Positions 51,721 through 64,000 of a stretch of 64,000 nt of DNA are shown here, one piece after another. Within the stretch, counting starts at the first letter, position 1. Every line of letters begins with the position of its first letter. Made by a program: the position numbers and the translations under genes. Source of the DNA: Camelus ferus. Lineage: Eukaryota. Where the stretch lies: NCBI RefSeq assembly GCF_009834535.1, contig NC_045696.1, forward strand, positions 73,968,001 through 74,032,000, in the 5' to 3' direction. The notes below the pieces were generated by a model. It was given only the letters and a program-made list of their open reading frames with translations. It had not been told where the DNA came from and did no database searches.

Positions 51721-53089
51721 TTCTGCACTGTTCTTATTTAGCATAGTCAAAAGTCTGAGCCACAGAAGAGGGTGAAACCATCTTAAGGTTTTAAGTAAAA
51801 AGAAATGTAGGTCAGCAAGTGAGAACAGCTCTGCCTAACTGTTCAGCGCTATTGTTACTTATTTGTGTTAAGAACTGTTGTGAGTTACCTAATGGCTCTG
51901 ATGCCTTTCATGGGGAAATTTTGAGACAAAATGAATATACAAGTGACACATTTAATCAATGTAGAAAAAGGTCCCATAGAAATTGCAAGGTTGTGTATGA
52001 ATACTACAGGTAATTTGAACCTTCAGCTAATGGTCCAGTAGAACTGAATAATGCCTCAACAACTCTTTGAGTTGAAAGATAGAAACTATCAATAATTCAA
52101 GCTTTGAAGGATATTTCCTAAACCTTGAATATTTTCTCAGTGGTGCTGTCAGCTGTGAAGGAAAACAGATGCTGGATTGAGTAACCCTTTGGCCTTAACC
52201 AGGCTTAAATTTTTTTTGTATTTCTAATTTTAATTTGATTGTTTTAACATCATATTACCTGTGCACAGTAAAATTTATCAGTTAGAGAGGGCCTAGGATG
52301 TTCCTCTTTGTTATTAGTTCCCAGTGTGGTCAAAGGCATGAGTGAGAGAGGAACTGGCAAGCAAATTAAAGGCCTTGGGTCAGAGTCTATAGGAAACTAA
52401 CCCGTGGCAGTCCATCTATCACCCACACTGTCTGGCAACTTCAGTGCAATTACACTAGGTTTAAGACACTAAATATAAAGTGCTACACAAACAGACTTAA
52501 AACGGGTGAGATGGAAGCCTGTAGCACTTTGCCAGGATTAATACAACAGACACTGTGAAGAGACAGAAAGTCCCAGTATACGTTCAATTCCCGAGAAGTA
52601 GCAATTTCGGCAGAAGCTCCATAATGCAATATAATACCATTATTTTTCCATTTATAGTTCAAAATGTAATGATTGCTTCCTGTGAGAGCAGAGATCTTTG
52701 TTAAAGGAAAAGGTTATTGTGATAGAGGCAGGGAACGATGAGCTAAAAAGGGCAAAACCAGATTATTTAAAAAGAAAACTTCAGTTTTTGAAAAAGAAAA
52801 TACTTGGTCAATGTTGTATTATTCATTCTATAAACTATAATGGAGGCCTAGGTGAGGGGAAAAGATGGTGAGGTGGGAGGAAGAGTAACATGAAATCCAC
52901 AGTCCTGATCCTACTTAAGAAGTGTTGATCCAGCCTGAGATAGATCTGGGTGATGGTAATTAACACTGAGACCCAGATTTCATCCAATTTTACCTAAGTT
53001 GGTAAGTTTTAAAGAATCTTCCAGCTATTTCTTTTTCTTAATTTTTTTTTAGGGACCAATTGAGTGCTCTTTGTGAAATGGAGGCTTAG

Positions 53090-53400
53090 ACATTTCTTTA
53101 CCAGTGCCTCTTGTGTGATTTTTGTGGCAAGAACTAAGTGCTAGATACCATGAAGCTATGAAAATAAGACTCTGGCTCTGCCCTCAGGGAACTTACGATT
53201 TTATAAGGGAGATAACCTGTACTGAAAATAATATTAAAAAGTCAGGAAATAGCTCAGAGTGCTATGAGGGCTTAGAGTTGGAAAGATTACTTGCAGTGAA
53301 GATGTGAGAAGGATTTCATAGGGAGTTCAGGAGGGTGTCCTGAAGAGTGAATAATTGTATTTGACTAGAACCTTGGGTATGAAATAACATTATTTCTGCT
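53090..53400 (-). mobile_element. L2 fragment
   Basis: gtgctagatacca...ctctgccctcagggaacttac. Confidence 0.6.
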
Positions 53401-54214
53401 GGCTGAAATTTAGGGTTGCAAAAATGACTCCTTCTCTGAGGTGGCCTGGAAGTTTGGGGACGGACTGGAACATGACTTAGTAGCATATAGGCATGATTTA
53501 GTCCTTTCACAGGCTCTAGGCAACAGCTGACCACTCTCCACCTTTGCGTCTGGCACAGGGGAAATTAGCCTGGATCCATTCCTTGACATTGTGTCAGAAC
53601 TCTGAAGAAAGAATTCCTTCCCGTGTGTTGAATTCTATCCCATATCATTCCATGCACAATTTTTATTTATGTATTTGCTTTTACTTAGGGATTTAATTAT
53701 AAAAGATAGAGATTCACTTTTTAAAAAACCCTTGGATGACACATCCTACAAGAAACTCAGTTTATTTTTAATATATTTTATTAATTCTGTTGGATAGAAG
53801 ATTGGTTAGAGGAAAATCTTTTAATATTTACTAACACCTACTTTTTATGACACTGTGTGCTCATATTCACAGTGAAGAATCAGAAGATACCTTACATTAC
53901 ATAATATGAAACCTTTTAAAATTAATTTTGAATTCTGCTTTAGGTTTCTACCTTTTAGGTTATAGTTAAATAATAAATCAATGCTCAAGAGACCCTAAAA
54001 TCATTTGGATATGTATACAAAATATAAAATTTCTCTAGAAGTCTATGAAATTAGGGGAAAGAAAATGAACCCCAGGGCTCCTATTTTAGTTAGTGATTTA
54101 GTTAATGTCCCCAGCAACCTTGATCAAGTCTTAGTTTGCAATTATTACAAAAGGTACAGACTTTCCTCTTCTTAATGGGGAAATATTCATTGTCTTGAAA
54201 TGAGTGCTAGATCT

Positions 54215-54870
54215 ACTTCAGGCCCTCATTATCTCTTCTCTGGGCTATAATAAGAACCATCTAATTGATCTCACTGCCTTCTGTTTCTCTCTCCTGTAAT
54301 CCAGCCCAACCCCTGAGAAACTCAGCTTGCTAAAACATAGATCATGTCATCTTCTTGCAGAAAATCCTTCAATAATTGCCTGTTATAACCTGTTCTTAGC
54401 TCAGATAGCTTGTCTTGATTTGCAAGGCCATCACCATCCAGTTCCTCCATATATCTTACATGCTCTAGTCAAAGTTGTTAACTTCTCTGCAAACATTCCT
54501 ACTTCCACACTTAAGCCCACACTATCTGGAAAATCTTCCCTGGCATTTCTAGTTGCAGAAATGCTCATCATCCTGCAAAATCTGACCCTAGCAAGTTCTT
54601 TTACTCTAACTCTACTCTGCCCTAGCCCATCACAGTCAAGCCAAAAAGTGAGTTCCTCTTCCTCTGAATTCCCAAACTCACTCTTTGACCCACCCATAAA
54701 GCACTTAACCGCACTCTTCCTTGCATTATAATGACTTATGTGCTTATTTAAACCCCTCCTATACTGTAAAATTGTTGAAGACCAAAATCACATCTGCTCA
54801 TCCTTATATCTCACAGCACCTGTCCCAGTAGCCTGCACATTATTGTTGTACATAATAAATTCTATTGCTT
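54215..54870 (+). mobile_element. L2 3' region
   Basis: ttcaggccctcattatctcttctctgggcta...cagtagcctgcacattattg...ataaat. Confidence 0.7.
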
Positions 54871-55435
54871 GGAAGATATATTTAATGCAGTGTTTCTTAC
54901 TCAAAGGTTATGAGTGTCATTCATCTTCTTGGGAGCAATCGGGGGCCTCCAGTAATTTCTTTGGGTTTCTTGTCCTGAAACTTCTGACTCATTTTAGGCC
55001 GTATTTCAAAGTAAAATATTTTAATTAGAGTTGATAAAACTGGACACAATATCAGAAGAGTGCCAGCAAAGGAAATGCTGCAGATTGTACTTGTGAATTT
55101 GTTGAGCTCAGGATAAGGAAGCAGCATCTGTTCCAGAAATGTCTACCAGTTAAGACCCCAAAAGTCAAACATACCTAACCACCCTGCATATCACATTATT
55201 TCAGCAGGAGGTGCCAAGAAGAAAAGGAGCAATCTATCATCTGCTAAGCCATCTGTTTCATAAGACCTATTCCTTATTTAGTGCCATTAGGGTTTTCATT
55301 TCTTTAAAAAAATGATTAGCATCATCAAAGACCTCAAATAAGAACATATGATAATGTTATCTAATAGCCACGTCTATTAGTAGCAGCTTCTATTTTTCTC
55401 ATAGTTGTTTCCCTACTGAATTATGTCCTTTACAA

Positions 55436-55760
55436 TATGTGTAGTATGGAAAGAGCACAATTTGTGAATCAGAAGCCCTGATTCTGAATCCTAACTCTGC
55501 TTCCTACTAACTTATCTAGGACAATTGCCTACATCTGACCTTAAACCTCTTCCTCTGAAAAAATGTAAATAACATTTACCTCACAGGATGTGAGCTAAAA
55601 TATAAGCCCCATGAAGGCAAGAATCTTCATCTGGTTTGTTCATTGATGCATTCCAAGCACCTAGAACATTGTTTGGCACGTTGAAAATGCTCATTAAAGA
55701 CTTGTTGAATGTGGTAGTACTGAAATAAAATTGATAGCTATAGAAATACCTTGAAGCCTA
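55436..55760 (+). mobile_element. MIR SINE interrupted by an L2a 3' end (about 55595-55712)
   Basis: MIR head ggaaagagcac...gaatcagaagccctgattctgaatcct up to tacctcacagg, then L2 tataagccccatgaaggcaag...ttgttgaatg, then the MIR tail resumes. Confidence 0.65.
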
Positions 55761-55774
55761 TTATCCAAATAATA

Positions 55775-55950
55775 GAATTTTAGGATTAGAAGCAGAAGGA
55801 TCAACTAATGCAGTCTTCTTGGTTTATAGATGAATAAACTGAGGACCAGAAAGACTGACTTGAACAAGATGTTGCAACCACACAGTTGTGGAGCTGGCAC
55901 AGTCATTCAGGCTTCCTACATTCTAGTTCAGGTCTATTCTACAGAACCAT
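55775..55950 (-). mobile_element. MIR SINE
   Basis: tttatagatgaataaactgaggaccagaaagactgacttgaacaag. Confidence 0.7.
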
Positions 55951-55964
55951 GCCTTCTTCTCCTG

Positions 55965-56473
55965 TTTTTAGCTGAAGTATAGTTGATTATTGTGTTATTT
56001 TCAGGTATACAGCATAGTGATTCAGTATTTTTACAGATTATATTCCATTATAGGATATTGTAAGATAATGGGTATAATTTACTGTGCTATACAGTATAGC
56101 TTTCTTGTTTACCTATTTTACATATAGTAGTTTGTATTTGTTAATCCCATACCCCTAATTTGTCCCTCCCCACTTTCCTCTCTCCTTTGGTAACCATAAT
56201 GTTTTCTCTGTCTGAGTCTGTTTCTGTTTTGCGTATACATTCATTTGTATTATTTTTTAGATTCCACATATAAATGATATCATACAATATCTGTCTTTCT
56301 TTGTCTGACTTATTTCATTAAGCATAATGTTCTCTAGGTCCATCCACATTGCTGCAAATGGCAGACTTTCTTTTTTTTAAGGCTGAGTAATATTCCACAT
56401 AATATAATACTGCACTTTTTTTTTATCCATTTGTCTGTTGATGGACACTTGGGTTGCTTCCATGTCTTGGCTG
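55965..56473 (-). mobile_element. 5'-truncated lineage-type LINE-1 3' end
   Basis: gctgaagtatagttgatt...caggtatacagcatagtgattcag...tagattccacatataaatgatatcat...gttgcttccatgtcttggct. Confidence 0.9.
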
Positions 56474-57475
56474 CCCCTATTAACATTGGGAGTTACTGAT
56501 ATTGTGCCCTTTACCAATTTTTAGAAATGCTTCATCGTATCTGTCAAGTCTATTAACAAGTTCTTCACATATTCAAACACCATTCCAAACACTCTGTCAG
56601 TTCCTTTTTCTTTTCAGCTCTGCAGAATTTTTTCCTGAAGGTCTCTGTCTCCTGCAGCAAGCTGAATGGCTATTCTTTGGCCTGATGCAAGCTGTCATCC
56701 TGAGATTTTCCTGTCTCAGTTCCCCTATTTTTCCTGAATTCTCATTTCTTCCTCTTTCTTTATTTGAATCCTCATTATACAGAAACATGTGGCCTATAAG
56801 CTTTCTGTTGCCTCTATACTTGAATTCTGTGGGAGGAATTGGCTTGTTTCTTCTTATCCAACCCTGAAAGTGCTGAAATATCAACTTCTAGTCATTTTGT
56901 CAGTTCCTATTCCTCTGTTGACTTTCCCTCTTCCGAAGTTTGCTGACATCCCTTGTCTACTTTGTTCTCCTCTAATGTCATTTTAATGGGATTTGTAACA
57001 GGAAGTTTCTATATTTTGTTTTAAATTTCTCCCCTCATCACTCCTTCCTTGCCATCAACCCCAAAAAAGTGCTCAGCAGAGTAACTGCCACATGTTGATC
57101 CTCAATATTTGTGAAGTGAAAGAAGCATAAGTGACATTATTGATATTCCTAAATACTAATTTCTCAAAAATATATTATTTAGGTATAAGTTTAAAAGGAA
57201 AGCTTTTTCTTTTTAATTCTTATCAAGAGAATGTTGTTTGCAAGGTTTTTTTTTTTTAAAAAGGCATTTGAGAAATATTAAAAATCTGAGATCTTTATCA
57301 ACAAGAATGAAATTTAAGTAGTGTTAAGAGATGATTCCTATTAAGTAACTAAAAACTGACATAGTTTCTTTGAAAGCCATAAATAGTTCTTAGTAAGTTT
57401 CTTAATTTGGTCAAAAAGTATGATGATGACAATCATTACAAAGACTATAGCTGAAGCTCTTGTGTTCTCTATACA

Positions 57476-57604
57476 CTGGTGACCATATAACTTATTTTCC
57501 AAACCAAAACTATTTTAAAGTGAAAGGGAGGGAGGGGCTCTCAATTGTGCAATGTTAGGTGTAAATGAGAATTGTCCTGGGCAACTGGGACACTTGGTTT
57601 CCTT
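57476..57604 (+). mobile_element. MER94 (hAT-Blackjack MITE)
   Basis: ggtgaccatataacttattttccaaacc...gtgaaaggg...tgtcctgggcaactgggacacttggt. Confidence 0.75.
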
Positions 57605-58357
57605 ACTGATACTGCAGATTAGGTTGTGAAAGACCCAGAGCTATAACTTACAGAGGAGAAAGTTGGGGTAAGTTTCTAGGGGGAAGGTCCAGGATACTGA
57701 TGGATCTGTAATATAAGTAAGATTCAGGATAGCTATTTAAATAAATAGACTGTATATTGAGTTCATCTGAAGGTAAATGTATTTAGTGAGTAAATTAGAG
57801 TAACAGTTTTTAGCATTTTGAGATTTATCATAAACCAGAACAGGGTTTAAACTTATTTGAAATAAAAGATTTCCTCTTATTTAAAGTAGTTAATTAGTTG
57901 TGTCATAATGAGAAGCATTACCATATTCTAGCCAGGGAGCCTTCTGTACAGTGCCTTCACTAAGAAATAAAACAAAACAAAACAAAAATTCCCAAAGACA
58001 AAAACCTTATTGCAAACTGTAATATGTCTCTTCTTACCTGTATTATCAAAACACTTCGTTGTGCCATTCATAGGTACTACCTTCATTTTCATCCAAATAG
58101 CATTCTTTTTGATAAAACAAAATGTTTCTCTATAAACTTTGAAACTTAATTATGGCAATATAATTAGGCAATTTCCTGTCAATGTAAATAACTTTAAAAA
58201 TATCAGACAAACTTAGAGCCATTTTCATGATTAGACATTAACAAAATTGCTAATTTTTTTGAAGTTTCTATTCTATTTTAACCATTTGAGTGATGCTGAG
58301 TTGTGCTTCCTCATTTGAGTTTTATTTCATCTGTTCCTGAAATAAATTTTTATTAGT

Positions 58358-58872
58358 TTTATTTATTTTTATTTTGTTATTTTATCAAGATCATTTTTTT
58401 TGTTGAAGAATAGTTGATTTACAATATTGTGTTAGTTTTTCAGATATACAGCATAATAATTCTCTTTTTTTCAGATTATATTCCATTATAGATTATTACA
58501 AGATAGTGGCTATAATTCTCTGTGCTATATAGTATCATTGTTGCCTATCTTTTTTATGTATAATAATTTGTATCTGTTAATCCCATACTCTTAATTTGTC
58601 ACTCCCTGCCTCCCTCTCTCCTTTGGTAACCATAAGTTTATTTTCTGTGTTTGTGAATCTGTTTCTGTTTTGTATATAGATTCATTTGTATTGTTTTTTA
58701 GATTCTACATATAAGTGGTATCACATAGCATTTGTCTTTTTCTGTCTGACTTACTTCACTAAGCATAATATTCTCTAAGTCCATCCATGTTGCTGCAAAT
58801 GGCAGTAATTCATTCTTTTTTATGGCTGAGTAATATTTCACACACACACGTGTGCATGCGTGTGCACGCGCA

Positions 58873-58908
<36 letters not shown>

Positions 58909-59298
58909 TATGACATCTTAAACCAATCATCTGTTGATAGGCACTTGGGTTTCTTCCATGTCTTGGCTGTTGTAAATAGTGCTGCAGTGAACATGGGGTG
59001 CATGTATCTTTTAGAATTAGAGTTTTCATCTTTTCTAGATATATACCCAGGAGTGGAATTGCTGGATCATATGGTAGTTCTATTTTCAGTTTTTAAAGTA
59101 ATATCCATACTGTTCTCCATAGTGACTGCACCAATTTACATTCCTACCAACAGTGTACAAGGATTCCTTTTTCTCCATATCTTTTTCAGCATTTATTATT
59201 TATAGACTTTTTGATAATAGCCATTGTGACCAGTATGAGGTGATAACTCATTGTGGTTTTCATTTGAATTTCTATAATAATTAGCAATGCTGAGCATC
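58358..59298 (-). mobile_element. 5'-truncated lineage-type LINE-1 (3' UTR plus ORF2 end)
   Basis: Minus-strand ORF 58698-59003 (PMFTAALFTTAKTWKKPKC...FAATWMDLE) is the L1 ORF2 C-terminus running into the 3' UTR; flanks share tattagt. Confidence 0.92.
58839..58910 (+). repeat. Compound (CA)n/(TG)n/CG alternating purine-pyrimidine microsatellite inside L1
   Basis: Directly visible. Confidence 0.9.
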
Positions 59299-61619
59299 TA
59301 TTAGTATTAATTTAGAGAGAACATGCTGTCATATATCTCTCTGTGTGTAAGTGTGTGTATATACACACACACATGTATATAACAGGAAATGTCATAAAAT
59401 TAATAAGGAACATATTTTAGAAAAACTTGCATTTGAACAATTGTCCTAAATTTGAACATAGTTTCAAATTTCTTCCAATTTTGCTTTCTGTTGACTTAAA
59501 GTAGTGATATACCAATAATGGTTCTAACAGGTCTCTTGAAATTTCCCTTTTGCTTTCTAATGTTTTTCACAATAGTATTTTCATTTGAAATAATTTGGTT
59601 AGATTAAGAAATGCCAGTAAAGTCTTTTTAGTCCATGAAATCTCATGTCTAGCTGGACAGTTATCATATAAAATTAATTGTGTAATGGAAATATTGAATT
59701 GTAATTTATTCACATTAAATACTGCTGAAGAGTGAGAGCTGTTACACTGATGCTTAGAATATTGACAGACCTAAACAGACAAAGAAAAATATTTGATATA
59801 TTATTGTATCTTGGTGAAAATTTTGGTTAATGGTTTTTATGATACAGAAAATATAATTTAAAAAATCAGTTATCACTTAACTATAAAGACAATAACATTG
59901 CCCATTCTATATCAAGATTCTAGTGAAGATTTATGTCCTTTTGTTTAAAAGGCTACCAAATGTCACATAACTTTCAATTGCTGAAACAACTGTTTTTGTT
60001 GCTGTTAACAAAGGATTCCGAATCCTTTTGTTTAAAAAATAGCCATTAGTTTTCATGGAGGTTTAAATATGCCTGTCATACTGGCAAAATCTCTCTTTGT
60101 ACCTTAAAATAACCAAGACATGATAAACTCTATTCTAATGATGTAGAGTAATACATTCAGAGACTAAATTTAACAAGTACACTGATCTACTGTGATATTG
60201 TTTTCATGGTCAAGTTACAATACATCTTGGACATCCTTACCATTTTAGAATATAGCATAGCTAATAGAATAACTTGACAAAGAAAAGGTAATAGAATAGA
60301 GATTGAGTTAGCATCTATGAAATTTCTCCTACTCTACTTTCACTGAGACTTTGTACTAAAACACATATATGCCTTTAGATCGTAATAGCAAAAAAAAAAG
60401 CAATTAAGTTAAGTGTTCATTAATTACTGGGAAAGAAATTCTGCGGTGCTCACTGGACAAAAGCTCTAAAACATATTGATAAATGATAAAGAACTAGTTG
60501 CAGAGAGAACTCACATTTGTTTAAACTTGCTTAAAATGTATTATACACATATATAAGCTTGTAAATCCATGGAAAATTTCTAGGAAGAGATATGTGAGTG
60601 AAGGAGAGGTTATGTGAAGGACAGGAGGCTTTTTAAAAAAAAAACGGGGTTTTTTTATGGCTTGCTTTTTTGTTTTTTAAGTCGTGAACAGCATTATCAT
60701 TATTGTTTTAAAACTAATTGATTAAAAAAAGAGACTCTTACAAAGATATGAATAGACATTTTACAAAATAAATACAAATTACCAGTAAACCTGCAGAAAA
60801 ACATATGCCAGTATCTTAACACTGTAGTCAGATTTTTAAAAGGTCTTGCCAAATGTGGACTTTGTGTCAGGATTGGTTTTGTTTGATTGATAATGATGTC
60901 ATACTGATCTCAAATTATAGCCTAGTCATAGTCATAGTCACAGTTAATATTATGAAAACATTTGACTCTCATGAACACATTGGCTAAGTCATCTAGATTT
61001 CACTACTGTTTCTGGGGCTAAAAACCATGTAGTGAATAGCATAGAGTTATACAATCAGAAGAAGCCACATGTTATCTGTGGAAACATACCTTACGTCTAC
61101 GTTGCTCACCAAAATCCTGCAGTACTGAATCTTACCTACATTTATTGTGCAGAGCCTCCTACCAAAACTTGAAGTAGTCCACATTTTTAAAGAAATAAGT
61201 TCTTTACACTTGGACCAAAACATGAAGCGTTTGTGTGTAGCTTCCTCTGAGTACTGTATGTGATACATAGTCTTGCTGGCTTTTCTTGGCTTCCAAGCAA
61301 TCTTTATCAAATCCAGTTACATGGTACAAGAGCTGACATTTCTCAGGGCAGGCAAGCACATTTCAGTCTGTACAATTTACAGGTAATGCTCTCAAAAGTC
61401 AGTCAGAGGAAGAAATTTTATGTTCACTTTAAGCATCTTCAATACCCCATCCAGCTGTTTGAACAATTAAACTTGGGGTAACAGGAACATGTGGACACAA
61501 TAACTTTCAACTGTGAGATCTATATCTAAACAGTTACTGATAATGAAAAAAGTTCTAATTCCTAAACAATTAATAATACTGGATTCTTGATTAGAAGTAT
61601 TATTAACCATTACAAACTA

Positions 61620-61820
61620 GTGTTTCTGTGGCTAAATTCAGCCTGCAGATATATGCATTTGGCTGGATGGTGCTTTTAAAATCTTAAACTTGAGTGCTTT
61701 TTTAGGTCAGTTATGTACACTGTAGCTCACCATAGGCAGCACTAATTCCTAACATTTTATACCTACCGCTTCACATTTACATCTGTATGCCTGTCCTCTG
61801 AAGGGATTTGCAAATGCTAT
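61620..61820 (-). mobile_element. MER102-like hAT-Charlie MITE
   Basis: aaattcagcctgcagatat...gcttcacatttac...gcctgtcctctgaagggatttg. Confidence 0.55.
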
Positions 61821-62454
61821 ATGTTTTACACTTTCTTAATTTCTTATCATTTAATAGTATTAAATTACAGTTTAAAAGTAATAGGGGGAAAGGTATAGAG
61901 ATCATAGGGAAGTAATCTTCTGAATCTTGATCTGGTATGAATGGAGATTTGCAGAATCTTTCCAGATGTGGCCTTTGCTTATTGAGATTTCTGAGCTTCC
62001 AAAGGGTTCATTAATCATGTAAATATCAGTGACTACAGAATTAAGATCTTGCAAGGGAGAATACGTATGTTAAGAAATGTTGGGTGTGTCTAATCACACA
62101 GCTGCCTCACGATTAGAAATAATAGATTCTTATAGGTTACAAGATACTCAGAAATAATTCTGACATTAATTGAAATGCCTGTTGCCTACCTACCCTTACT
62201 TTTATCAAAGTTAAATTGTCAAATTTTCTGATAGAACAGGTTTTTAAGCTTTGAAGGTGAGGAAATACATTATTTATAAAAATTTATTTTGTTATGAGCA
62301 GTCATGGTAAATCTGAGAGGAAAAGTTTTAACCATATGAAATTTCTAGCTGTGTACCTGCCCCTTGTTTTTCCCTTTTTACAATCTGTCAATTCCTGGAC
62401 GCAGTGTGGGAATACCAGCACATAGCACATTGTTCAGAAGAGTCAGTGATTAAT

Positions 62455-62678
62455 GCATAGTGACTATAGTTAATAATACTGTATTGTATATTTGAAAGCT
62501 GCTGGGAGAAGTTCTTATCACAAGAAAAAAATCATAACTGTGTCATGATGGATGTTAACTAAGTTTATTGTGGTAGTCATTTTGCAATGTGTACATATAT
62601 CAAATCATTATGTTGTACACTTAAAACTAATACAATGTTATATGTTAATTATATCTCAATTAAAAAAAGAAAAAGAAA
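62455..62678 (+). mobile_element. L1MA9-like LINE-1 extreme 3' end
   Basis: gtgactatagttaataatactgtattgtatatttgaaa...atcaaatcattatgttgtacac...tatatctcaat plus A tail. Confidence 0.85.
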
Positions 62679-62914
62679 GCTTTGAGTTTAGCTCTAATTT
62701 AGAATAATTTCAATAGTGACAATACAGTAAGCATCTAATAGTTTTTTTTTTAAAATGATTCAGGAGTTACATAGTATGAAGGAAAGATTTAGCACAATAA
62801 TGAAAGAAAAAAGGCCAAGAAAAAAAAGAAAAATTAGTGGTTTTCTGCCTAAGGAGAGCAGCAGAGGAGAGAAAGGAGCTCTCTCATGTTACAGGCTCCA
62901 GGAAATAATGTTAC

Positions 62915-63140
62915 CACCTATCGAGTATTTACTTTTTGCTATATACTATCCTAAGTTATTTACAATCATTATCTCATGTAATCCTAACAATATTTTAAGG
63001 TAAGAATCATTTTCTCACTTTACAAATGGGGAAACTTGGCTCCAAATGTAAGTTGTTGAAAGATACACAGCTAATAAGTAAAGGAAATGTAATTTAAGTC
63101 CAATCTGTCTGATTACAAAGACTGTATTTTAATGGCTCCA
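62915..63140 (-). mobile_element. MIR SINE
   Basis: tatctcatgtaatcctaacaa...tttacaaatggggaaact...gtctgattacaaag. Confidence 0.75.
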
Positions 63141-63204
63141 TTACATTGCTTTTCTCCAAGGACACTAAATCTCCATGATTTCCACTCTTGAATCCTTTAT
63201 TACC

Positions 63205-63362
63205 TTGCAGATCAGAGTATTGTCCACACCAACATTACATCATGGCCTGGGACCTTGTTAGAAATGCAGAATCTCTGAACCCCTACCCTTCACCAACTGA
63301 ATCCGAATTTTCTTTTTACCAAGTTCTCCAGGAGCTTTGTATTTTAAAGCTTGAGAATCTAA
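63205..63362. mobile_element. MER5A hAT-Charlie MITE
   Basis: cctgggaccttgttagaaatgcagaatctc...actgaatccgaa. Confidence 0.7.
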
Positions 63363-63469
63363 GGCCATCCACACCTTATTAATCTTGAATCTTATCAATA
63401 CAGGCTCAGCTTCTAACAGATTCTGTTGTACATCTGTGTTTCACCCATTCCACATTCATGCCTCTGTGT

Positions 63470-63785
63470 CTTCGTGCCTTCCTGCCACATGGAATGTCCA
63501 CTTCCCTTCACTTTCTCTCTCTAAAGCTAGCACATTACCCATGAATTGATTTATTCAGATGCAACTTTTTTGTTCTTTTGTATTCTGATCAATTGGAATT
63601 AATGGTTCTTTCTTCTGGATTCCCACAGTCCTTAGCATGTATTTCCACTGCAGTCTGTGATTGCCTCACCTTGGAGGACTGTCACATTTGTCTTCACATT
63701 CCTATATGCCTGGCAGAGTGCTTTCTTTGCCATTGCAGGTGCTCAATAAATGTTCCTTGGCTAAATAAATAAATGGTGTGAATGG
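63470..63785 (+). mobile_element. L2 3' end
   Basis: gcctggcagagtgc...caggtgctcaataaatgttccttggctaaataaataaatg. Confidence 0.7.
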
Positions 63786-64000
63786 TTCATCTTTCCATAC
63801 TTTCTAGAAACTTTCAGTTTTAATTTCTTCTTTGATCCAAAGGTTATAGAAGCATGAATCTTAATTCCCAAGTAGTTACCTTTGTTTTCTGGTCACCTTT
63901 TAATTATCTCCATTTTTATTCAGTGACATAGATTCTACTGTTAGAAACTTGTACATGATAGATTTTTAATGCATGCACATAAAAAATAAAAATAAAAAAG

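Noticed and set aside
61047..61481. Overlapping ORFs with donor-like sites on both strands
   Set aside because: Translations in the frames I checked match no protein I recognise; cannot be supported without RNA or conservation data.

Overview
Mammalian, AT-rich, CpG-depleted non-coding DNA (intronic or intergenic), very probably from a camelid, because it carries a tRNA-derived Vic-1-type SINE at 15101-15227 and an artiodactyl-type short Tigger1 derivative. I found no supportable protein-coding exon, RNA gene or CpG-island promoter. The listed ORFs are chance frames or transposon remnants; the only recognisable protein signal is a dead Charlie2/hAT transposase C-terminus at about 18330-18770. 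Much of the window is a layered fossil record of transposable elements: L2, MIR, L3/CR1, old and younger L1 3' ends, MLT1/MLT2/LTR33/MER89-90-like and lineage-specific solo LTRs, and hAT/Tigger MITEs. I see no convincing new biological system. The two most unusual items are a minus-strand solo LTR whose end carries a 47-bp tandem unit with two tRNA-Trp primer-binding sites (36356-36462), and a 40-bp copy of part of a neighbouring MLT2 LTR placed 2.3 kb away (47434-47473). Repeat families were recognised by eye from remembered consensus motifs, so subfamily names and the boundaries of old repeats are approximate.
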